From Raillietiella orientalis (Eukaryota): a DNA stretch of 64,000 nt. This document shows positions 25,996 to 38,711 of the stretch, one piece after another. How positions within the stretch are numbered: position 1 is the first letter of the stretch; each line of letters begins with the position of its first letter. The translations under genes and the position numbers were made by a program. Location of the stretch: the NCBI GenBank assembly GCA_036172245.1, contig JAYWIR010000008.1:4092001-4156000 (forward strand), read 5' to 3'. The notes below the pieces were generated by a model, which was not told the DNA's origin, did no database searches, and saw nothing but the letters and a program-made list of their open reading frames with translations.

Positions 25996-27683
25996 AAACG
26001 CAAGCAGAACTCGTTCGTCCGAGGCGGGGTGTGCAATCCGCGTGGTTATTGCGCTGATGTATTTGCCGGGCGAGGAGGTGGTGTGCGTCTCTCCGCAAGA
26101 ACTCTGATGGCGTGCGACTCCAGGCGTCGGGCGATGGAGTCCTTGGCCGGAAAGCGCGGGGGGAAGAATCGATCTCCGAAGAAACACAAAGATTAGGGTT
26201 CCACTTGTGACAAACAAGTGTGCAAAACTATATACGTATGTGTGTGTGTGTACACACAGGCATAGACACATGCACCACCACAAATGATCGTTATTTTCAT
26301 ATTATCAAGACGACAAGACGCCAAAGGAGCAGCCGCCACCCCCCAACGGTGTAGGGCGGCGCCGTGGGGATGCACGCATTGATCGCCGCCGCCGCCGCCG
26401 CCGCCCGCACGGCAGGGCGGAGATTGGCGTGGGGCGGCGGCGGCCGCGGTGTACGCAGCGGCCATGGCACACGTAGGCCGGCCCCCGGGAGTGGGCGGTG
26501 GGCCGGCGGAAACAAACGATTGGCAGGGGGCAGGTTTTTTGCTTCTCCTTCCAGAGTCTCTTTTTTTTTTTTTCGTTTACGATTTCGTAGAAAGCGCGTT
26601 TTTGCTTTTGTTTTTTTTTTGTTTGCCTCGCATGCATGCATGGGAATCGATTTTCCAAAACAACTCGGAAGTGAGCCTCGTCATGACGAAGCCACCACCG
26701 CGTGGGCCGTGCACGCGTACGCAGTTGGTCTTGGGGGGGGGGGGGGGGGCGTCGTGCAAAGGCGAATCGGGAAGGCGGCCAGGTTTTCCCCGTCGGAGGT
26801 GGCACGGAAATGTGCGGCAGCCTTTGTGCGTCCCTCGGCTTTGGTGTTGCCGTTCGATTCATTCAGCGAATTCGATTAAAAAGGAAACAGATGGGGAGAA
26901 GGAAAGTGCAGCGGATGCCTTTTTTTTTTTTTTTTCATCTTTTTCTTCCTTTTTTTCCCGTGTCGTTTGAACACGCGGAACGCAAAGTCGTAACTCCGCA
27001 GATCCATCGTCAGCTGCGAAAATCGTACTCGACTGAATAAAATCCTCTTCCAAAAGCATTTAAATAAATAGCATCTTTTATTGTTTATAAAAATCTTACA
27101 AAATAATCTGGATAATATTTTATTTAATTTTAACAAAAGTAATAGTTCACTTTGCAAATCAGTTATGTCGGTCTGGGGAATCGCCCCAACCAGAGTTGGA
27201 ATTTCAATGCAAAACCTTTTCAACAAACAACAGCATAAGTCGTTTTCATAAATTGTGCTTCCACAGCTTTGTTAGTTGAGATGCATCTGCAGTTTTTTAC
27301 ATAAAAGAATTGGTGGATCAATGGCTTTTGTTTTGTTTTTTTTTTTGGCTTTGACTATTGGCATGTTTGATTGCTTAACAAGTCCCAAATGTTTAAAATT
27401 AAGTGCACCACATTTTACATATTTGAAGAATCTATGATGAGCTGAGGACTTGCACCATTATTACATAAACGTAGTTCCATTAAAATTGATCAAAATTTAC
27501 TGGAGTCAAAAGAAATCCATATCTGCCACTTGTATGAATGTGAAAAACTTGACTTGAAACTTCATTTATAGGATAAATAAGAAATAACGTAGCTTGAAGT
27601 TTGAATGTCATCATACAGCAAGGATTTCAAAAAACAGCAATTATAAAGACACAGCAATCGGAACCTGCCATGTGGCACACAAT

Positions 27684-29939
<2,256 letters not shown>

Positions 29940-32900
29940 TTTCTAATTGTGTTTTTTGGTCATTTCTCATTACTGTTTTCAACTACCGCACTTCAATACA
30001 GTGTTTTGAAAAACAGAAGTACCATTCACCGAAGTAGTGAATAATAGTAAAAAAACATCAGTGGAGAAATAAATATCGAAATGTGCACTTTAATAGAGTA
30101 ATACAAGGAGAAATGCAAACAGAAAGAGAAATTACGTATCATACATATTGAACGAGCTGGTATTCATTGAACAGATAAAATTTATTAAAAACTTTAGACT
30201 TATATAAATTGAAGGAACTCCTTAATAATTGCAACGAGCGTCACATCCAGATGTCCAAGCACTTTTCGTCAAGAAAGATGTTACTTGATTTATGGCTTCA
30301 AAGCACATTCATACTTTTTTCGAAAATTTTTTAAAATCTACAGAGGCTTTATTCATTTCAAGCTAGAAACAAGAAAATCCTAACATGTGGATTAATAAAA
30401 AATACAATGTCATGATTAAAATTTATCGTCACTCCTTAGTTTCCATTACTTTTTAAGAAGATTAAAGAAGTAAAAAGATTGATTCAAGATCATAACTTTT
30501 CCATTCTTATTAATTAGAACTCAAACAACCCAAGGAAATAGAACTGTTTTTGCAGCTTAAAAAAAAATAAAAAAAAAAAATTAGATTGCACGTAAAAAGA
30601 CATAACAAAATACTCTGTGACAATGCAAAAATGTTGAAATTATGGACATGAAAATGAAACTGATCTTTGTTTCATTATTCGAAACATTTCAAAGTTTAAA
30701 GTAACTTCTGTGATAAATTGACCATCACACTATAAGCCTATATATTTGATATCACGGGAAGATTTCAGTTATTATCTGTAACTGAAATTGTGGATGAGAT
30801 TTTATGTGCACATCTTCCTTTAACATGCTTGACTATTGCTCTCCTGATGTAACCGCGAAGATTTGTTTTCTGACAGTGTGATATCTACCAGTTGTATCAT
30901 TTACCCAAATTTCAAGTCCATTCATAGCCATTAAGTTTCCAAACTCGAAAAATTTCCTCATTATCAAATGAATTATTGCTTTAATCAAAATAACATTTCA
31001 TGCTTTTCATTTCAGGTTATTATTACTTTCCTGGTTTAAAAATTTTGTTCCTTGCTAGAAGATGCTGTTCTTTGAATTCATGAAACACATCTTCCATTCA
31101 AAAATGTCTTTGCTTAAAAATCTCTTTTAAAAATATTCTAGCTGCCATAGAATATGAAAGCACACGAATCAATTGGGATTACGAATCGCAATTGAAAAGA
31201 TAGTAAAAGGACATCATCCATACGAGAGATCTTCATACAGTTCATCTTCATATAGGAGTTACATGTAACTCTTGAAATCATCAAGAAATTATAAATGAAA
31301 TATCAAATTTATCTATTAGTATACGTGCTACTATCGAAATATTTGAGGCTTTGTACACTAAGAAAATGTTCGTGAACTTCAACGGTTGTTCCCTAGTAAT
31401 TCACTTGGAACTCATTATTTAACCGAACAATTATTTTCCATTTTATTGGAATAATCTCCAGGTACACAGATGGAATGTACCAGCTATTGAAATCCTTTAG
31501 CTGCTTACATGAAGTTTGCTTGAGCTGATCAACATATTTTTTTACATTTTCCATGACATCGTGTTTTTGCTGCTAAAGTATTGGAATACATAAATTCTTA
31601 ATCTGTCTATAACGGATCTACAATTATCTATACCGAATCTTTCAAAGATGAAAGGAGTTTCTACGAAACTTAGCTATTTGTAAGTTTCAAGAATTACTCA
31701 GCACTATGAATGAGCTTGTTTTGAGTTCATTAACTAAGCAGTAGCATATTGAGAAAACTGGTTTGAAATATAAATTCGGAAATGCTGTATTTATCCCTAC
31801 AATGAAAGTGGTATGGAAGAGCAGTAATGCTTTAGAGCGGATGTTCTTCATTCTCTTCAAAATAGGATCTGTGAAGTAATTATCATATATGAAAGTCATC
31901 CTCGATGTGTGTATGATTTTATTCGCATGAAAAACATACTTCATATATATGAGACGTCGTATTTTTCTTATATTTGAGGCAGAGCAGGAACATTTTGGAT
32001 GAATTCAATTTTGTTTTACTTTCGGAAGTTTTTCTTCGGAAAGGGAAGCGAATCTAGGGGATGCTTCTCGAAGATTTCGTGCTCTTACGTGATTTTTCTT
32101 AATTATTTGTGCACTAAAAATGAGCCGAATTTTATCTTATTGTTCTAAATATCATAATGAAATTATTTATAACTGCAAAGTTTGGTTTGTATTAGCGAAA
32201 CATTGTGAATGAACCTCAACTGAGGGTAATTGGATGAAAATGATATCTAAGTCGGTCAAGAAAAATCGATTGTGATACATAAGCACATATCTCGGCATCT
32301 AATAGCTATTTTGCAATTTCTGTTTTCCCCCTATTCTTTATGGTATAGAGCAAATAACCACAAAAGTAAAGAGCCAATGCTTCTTGTCGTAAGTTGAAAG
32401 ATATGCTTTTTGTTTTTGCTTGTTCTAAATACATGCATAACCACCTTTGGGGAAATTTTCTATAAAATGAAGCACTTTTAATACTGCTAGTGAACTGTGC
32501 ATCTTTCAATGTGGATTCAAATGTATGAATCGTTATTGAACTCCTTTTCTAAATGAAGTCTTGCATAATTATTCATAGTTGATATGCAATCAACTCGAAA
32601 ATCTGTTGCATACTATCGAGATGGTTGCATTTTCCATTTCAAGATAGTTTTATAAATTCCAGATCATCTACTCGTAGTTGCATTTGTATTTTGAAAAAAA
32701 CTGACGAATTTCAGTTTCTCAATTCGTCTCTGACGATTCCATATGAAGCGATAGAGTGACTCCTTTAAAGCCCAGGTGGATTACATATTACCAAGAGACC
32801 CTTACGTTGACACGATAGGAGGCACAAAGCATTTAACATTAAAGCTTAAAAAAATTGTAAGTTCCTTTTTTTTTTCTGTCTCAATGCTTGAATTCTGAGC

Positions 32901-33995
32901 AATGATTAGGATCTTGAAATCTCCGTCGTCGGAAGTGATTTTTTTGTCCCCCTTTTTGCCGAAATGCACGCATAGATGTCGATTGTCATTTTGTCCCTAA
33001 GCAAGATTTTCGGAATCCCATCATTTTTTTTCATGCAGCGTTCCCTTTTCGTCATTTTCCAAACTGAAGACTTTTTTGCATTTTCAAGATACCGAAAGAA
33101 AAAATTGCTTTTAAGCATTTGCAACCGAAGTTTCTCTTCACATCTTCCATTAGACTGGATTCAACATCTAAAAATATTTTACGAACAGACTTTCTGTTGA
33201 TGTATAGATTTTTGGATTTACAGAAATTAACATGAACATTAAAATGAGGGTTGATTTCTGTAAGTATTGAAAAATGCATCTAAGAACACAGATGTCCTGT
33301 ATACAAACAACATATGTGAAGCAAATATTCACCCCCATAGCTGTGATTGACAGAAGTAAAGACAACTCAGAATTGATTAAAAAACGATGTCCACAATGCA
33401 AAAATAACACTTGAATACCTTGAATATGCTGCTAATGCACAAGAATATGTATCACTTATGTTTGCATGTCTCTAACCTACTTGAAGTCTTGGCCGTGGTC
33501 TGATTCCGTGTTTTACGATTAGTAATGAACTTTCCAAACTTGGCCAAAATATATGTTAACCAAAAAGTTAATTATGGACCAAAATAGAAAAATGAGAGTT
33601 AAAATAGAATTGAAAATAGAGAAATGAATCTCATATGACTAAATGATGTGCAATCAAGGGTCTCATTGCACTCTCTGCTATATGTGTTTATGCTTACTCT
33701 GTTATATATATGCAGCGGAATATGCACAGTAGTCATTTCTCGCCAGGGGGTCCAAATTTCATGTACAGTCTCAGATTAGAAGCACTTAAGAAAATTTATT
33801 GAATAGCAGCGCACCATTTCCCATTCAAATCTCTCCAAACCTATAGAATAGATGCATAAAGCGGCGAATAAGCACTCTAAATGAATTATGATTAATTGAA
33901 TAATAAGAGCACTTTAGCTTAAAATTGGCTTTATATTCGGAAAGGAGCAGTAAACTATCATTATTCATAAAAATCATTATGCAACGTTAAAGAAC

Positions 33996-34035
33996 AGAAT
34001 ATTGCTCAGTTGTCTCAGCAACTGAGCAATATTCT
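33996..34035. repeat. Perfect 17-bp inverted repeat with a 6-nt loop
   Basis: agaatattgctcagttg-tctcag-caactgagcaatattct. Confidence 0.9.
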
Positions 34036-34935
34036 ATTTCTCTAGAATCAACAAGAGTAGTCCAACTAGTTGGGAAAATATACGTGAGAGTTAGGCAGAC
34101 CATCAAAGAACATGTATCGCAAAGTTCTGTACATTTCATTTATAAACTTAAATATAAACTTTAAATACAATTTAAATGCAACTAATAAAAACACAGTATG
34201 GACTTTTCGATTGACAATGAATCATATTCTAGTGTTATTCTGTAAAAGACTTAGGAACCGTATAACTCAATGCTGGAAAAGATACCAATAGTGATAAATG
34301 GTAACGTTTTGGTAGTTATCGGATGCATTCTTCAATACTCATAGAAGGTAGAAATTTCTGAGCACGTATCTCGTCATGTATTCCTTGGTATTTATCTCAT
34401 GAACTCGAAAACAGATATGCAAGCACGAAAACAAATTTTCCTAAATATATGAAATGAAGACGAAATTCAATCCCTGCGAAACTTGCGTTCTCGTTCATAT
34501 TTCATTTTAGGTCGCTGTTGTGTACTTGTTATTATTTTTTCATTAACTCTGGATGTTTACTACTTTTAATGAATGCTGAAGATTTAACTGATGGGATGTT
34601 CCAATGACATCTTCAAGAATTATTCCAGAATGTTAGAAAGTTTGCAAATACTTCACCGTAAGTCATTGGGCAACCGAAGAATTCTGGTCGCCAGTGTGTC
34701 CTGGCAACTCTGTGCAGTCGCGAGTGCTTGCGAAACGGAACTGGTGCGTAGTGGCATGCGGGAAGGAAAGTTTGGTAACAGCCGATCGCTTGATGCCCAA
34801 TGTGCTGGTGAAAGTAATCAGCATGTGAAAAGTTGAATTTCGAGTATTCTTATTCCCCGTGCAAGTTCTGGAAGCTTGTCTGCGGATGCACGTGTGTTAA
34901 AACACAAGTAGCCTTATAGCTTGAATACCGAAAAG

Positions 34936-34939
<4 letters not shown>

Positions 34940-34969
<30 letters not shown>
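34940..34969 (+). repeat. Poly(A) tract (30 A) running directly into the POP4 ATG
   Basis: Homopolymer from 34940, continuing into ATG at 34970. Confidence 0.9.
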
Positions 34970-34972
<3 letters not shown>

Positions 34973-35975
34973 ACGAAGATTCATCGAAAAGCTGCCCTGC
35001 GCGGCGGGACTTCCAATGTAGACAAACCAACAATTCAGCAAAATTCAGCAAAATTCTTAAATGCTTATTTAAGAGCTCGTTTACCACCATCAGAGCATGA
35101 TGAAATAAACGAAAAGATGAAGGTTATTTACTCGCAAGAAAAGCGGAAATGCAAAAAATTCGCAAAAAAAATTACTCGGAGTCGTAATAATGTATTGTAT
35201 AAACATAGTGTTATGATTACGAATCAAATCAAGCTCAATAAAAACATGTCTTTCAAAACTTTCATTGTTATGTACAATGTGTGGAAAGAATACATGATTG
35301 ATCTTCTGTCGCTGCTTGATGATTCAGGAGGTATGGTTAGCTGCATTAGCCATTAAATACAGGCGAAAGTATTCGCTCGGTAAAAGAAAATGAGCACTCA
35401 AAGCCTTGAAATATTATAGACATCAATTCCCTTACTGATTTCTCATATCCTATCATCGCGATGTAGATTGATGAATTATAATGATTGCGTCGTGGCTTCT
35501 ATTTTATTGTACTGGAATTCACGTCAGCCTTTGTTTTTCCGAATTGAGCTTCAGTACTTTCTAGTATTAAATCATGTTAAAAAAAATTTTATCAAACGAA
35601 AAATCGTTCAAACAAATTCATGTAAGCAATAATCATTGAATAAGGATGCTGATTTCAGGTTGGAAACAGCCAAGAAATGACTTAGATTTGCATACGAGAA
35701 TTGCCAGAGCCGATTTCCATGGAGCTGTCTTAACAGTAGAGCGATCAACTTGCCCCTCTTTTATTGGTGTAACAGGATTAGTGATTCGGGAAACAAAAAA
35801 CACTTTTATTTTGCTCACCAAGGCAGATAAAGTGAAACTTATCCCAAAAGAAAATTCTCATTTTGTGTTCCTACTTGGTCCTTATGTATTCCGAATATAT
35901 GGAAATAATTTTTGTGTTAGGCCAGGAGAACGAACAGTTAAAAAATTCAAGGCCAACCTCCAGATTGAGCTTTGA
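34970..35975 (+). CDS. POP4: RNase P/MRP protein subunit p29; 2 exons (34970-35330, 35659-35975)
   Basis: MYNVWKEYMIDL; ARADFHGAVLTVERSTCPSFIGVTGLVIRETKNTF..KVKLIPKENSHF..IYGNNFCVRPGERTVKKFK matches the Rpp29/POP4 family. Phase-1 GT-AG intron. Confidence 0.95.
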
Positions 35976-36170
35976 TTAAAAACACTGTTTCAAGAGTCTT
36001 CATTGTCTGTTTGTTAACTAAAATATTTTCATTTGTTGTTTGGGGCTTACATTCGTTAAAGTAGCAATGTTGCATGTTAATTATTCTCTTTGCAGATGCA
36101 TGCATAATTGTAAATTTTATTACTGAAAAACTGATGCCGTAAAATTGCAAAGAACTTTTCATTCTAAATA

Positions 36171-37661
36171 ATGGACCTTAAAAAACGGTGAGATCTCAGG
36201 AGCATGGAATAATATTACACTTGATAAATTACTCAATGAATTTCTAGATATGGACTGATATTGCCAGTTAGGGCTGATCTCAAAAGAAAAATTGCTAGTG
36301 CTAGGATGTCTGCTTTTAACGAGAGCTCTGACAGTGATGATGAACAAAGGCCAAAATTACCCAAGCGAACTCCTACTAAGGTGCCTGGAACCTTTTGAGA
36401 ATGCTGTTATAGACTAACTACTTGGAAATTGTAAGGGGGAACTGAATGTGTGTTCTTTATTAAGCAATTTATGAGCATGATAATGCATTTCAAGACCTAA
36501 TAAGATTAGATCTTAAGGACAAAACTTACATGTGAACTCCAGAAGTGCACATGAAAGTTTATTCTATTCCTGTGGCCTTTCAGCACCTCAAAGCTACATC
36601 AGAATCATTCTATTCAGGTTCTGACAAATAGTTTTGATGGACATTCGGTAGCAAAACTGATTGGATCACTGCATAGCTGTCAGCAGTATACCAAGTAGAC
36701 AAACATGTTTGCCATTTAACGTTTTTTCTCATAATCTGATTGTCTGCATTTCAGGAAACCAAAAAGGATCGTCCTTCACAATCTATAGTGAAAGCCTTAG
36801 CCCAAGATCCACTAATATATGAGTATGATGCTGTCTATGACAAAATGGAAATGGACAAAGAGCAAAAGGCTAAAAAGGAGAAATGTGCAGAGCACAAGAG
36901 GGTTCGTATGCAAATGGGCATGACATTGGCTAAATGTACTAGTGTAGCCTCGCTATATTCAATCTCTATTATTACATGCTGAAAAGCGTAAACGTGAAGC
37001 TGAGTTACGGAAGGAGAGACAAGTACAAAAGGAGAGAGAAGCTGAAGGCAACCAGTTTACAGATAAGGAAGCATTTGTGACTCTGTCTTACAGGAAAAAA
37101 ATGGAAGAACTAGCAGTGGAAGCTGAGCTTGAAGAACAGCAAAGAAAAATAGAAGGTGAGAAGTTTTCAAGTAAAGAGTTACCAAGTTTTGGGGTCGTAG
37201 CTACTCTTGATGTTACAAGGCAAAAAGACTTGAGTGGTTTTTATCGGCATTTATATCGGCAAACCATGGGAGAAGAGAAACATCCGGTATTAGCCGAGGA
37301 TACACCTGTAAAGGCGCAAGCAGATGAATCTTCCCTAATAGAACGAGCAGGAAGAGTATACAGAAAGAAAACTTGTGTGTCAGAAAATGATAGTGACAGT
37401 GATGGAGACAAGAATAAGGAAGTCAGTGCAAGTAGCTCCATGGAAGACAGTGATCTCTCCTGCAAGGAAGAGGAAGACTCTAAGGAAATAGATGAACAAA
37501 CTCCAAGTTCATCAGATTTGAATTCCCAAGTTTCTAAAAGCAATCAGGCACAGGAGAACCCTAATAATATATTTGCTCGTCGAAATGCTGGGGACTCCTT
37601 GGAAGCATTCCGCCAACGTTACTTGCAAAGAAAAGCTACACGTCTTTTGCAAAGTCCCTGA
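36171..37661 (+). CDS. NSRP1: Nuclear speckle splicing regulatory protein 1 (CCDC55); 5 exons
   Basis: Exons 36171-36187, 36248-36380, 36754-about 36901, about 36948-37155 and 37201-37661. Protein: MDLKKR/YGLILP..ALAQDPLIYEYDAVYD..PRYIQSLL..ERQVQKEREAEG..DKEAFVTLSYRKK..LDVTRQKDLSGFYRHL..FRQRYLQRK. Confidence 0.92.
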
Positions 37662-37709
37662 TGACACAAGCACGTTCGTGTTATTTGTTCACGTAAGGTT
37701 CTGCCAGAT

Positions 37710-38164
37710 TCAGTAACCTTCATAGCTATAGCTTATCTGGTAGTCAGGAAAATGGGCACTCAGTATTTCAACTGTCTTTTCATGATTAGCTCTTCCAAAA
37801 CCCTGCAACAACTTTTCAAGTAACTGTTTATTATGTCTGTAGAGCTCACCTGTGAATAACCAAAAACCTTAATTTGTTTTTCCTCTGATTCATAAGAGAT
37901 GCGCCCTCCACCCAGGCATGTCAGTTTTATGCTCTTATCAGTTTGGTTTTCCAACTCATCCATAATGTCAGCTGACAGCCAAAGTGAAAAACATGGCTGT
38001 GTTGGTCTTGTGTACTTACCATGGTAACCAGCTGCTTCATCACCACGAACTAGCAACTTGGACTGGCCATTTTTTTTGGCTGCTACTAGGATGTACTTCA
38101 TATTTCCTGTGGTGGGTCCTAGCCTAACACCCACTGCTGCCAGCTGTTCAAGTTCATGAATCAT
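37710..38164 (-). CDS. PHPT1: 14-kDa phosphohistidine phosphatase / janus-ocnus family; 3 exons
   Basis: GNMKYILV..LLVRGDEAAGYH/ADI..CLGGGRI..IKVFGYSQ/GFGRANHEKT..FPDYQISYSYEGY*, with two GT-AG mini-introns. Confidence 0.92.
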
Positions 38165-38711
38165 CGTGGACTAGAATTGATCATAAAGAAGACTTCATAA
38201 TCAATAAATCAAAGACTTGACAATGCTTGAGCATTGAGATTCAAGTGGGAGAGGAAATGTCTGATGCTTGGGTACTGCAGGGACAGTTTGTGATTTCCCT
38301 CCCCAAACAGCAGACTGATGTTAGCATACAAAAACAAGCAGTCTTAGACACAGCGCTATATGGGTTTTGCTTATGTGTGCCAATCGCGATTTTGGTACAA
38401 CAACTGGTTTGCTGAACCTTGTGTAAACTACATACGGCATCAAATGCCATACATAGGAGATGGTACCTTCATGTTGCTTATATTGCAAAGTGCCTAATAG
38501 CTCAATGTGATATTTCTATTGAAAAGACTACCCATGCTTACACCTGACATCGAGTCATGATGGTAATGACTACAATATCAGGATTGGAACATGCAGAGAT
38601 ACATTTGACAATATCTTCTGTCTAACACATTTCAGAATGCAATGCCAAACGAAGATTAGTGTATCTCTACTTGGAAGAATCATTGCTGGTCCTCTACCAG
38701 TTAGGCTGGTC

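Noticed and set aside
30200..31700. hAT-like words (LDIW, VTDN, RCAH) on the minus strand
   Set aside because: The motifs occur in the wrong order and no ORF links them.
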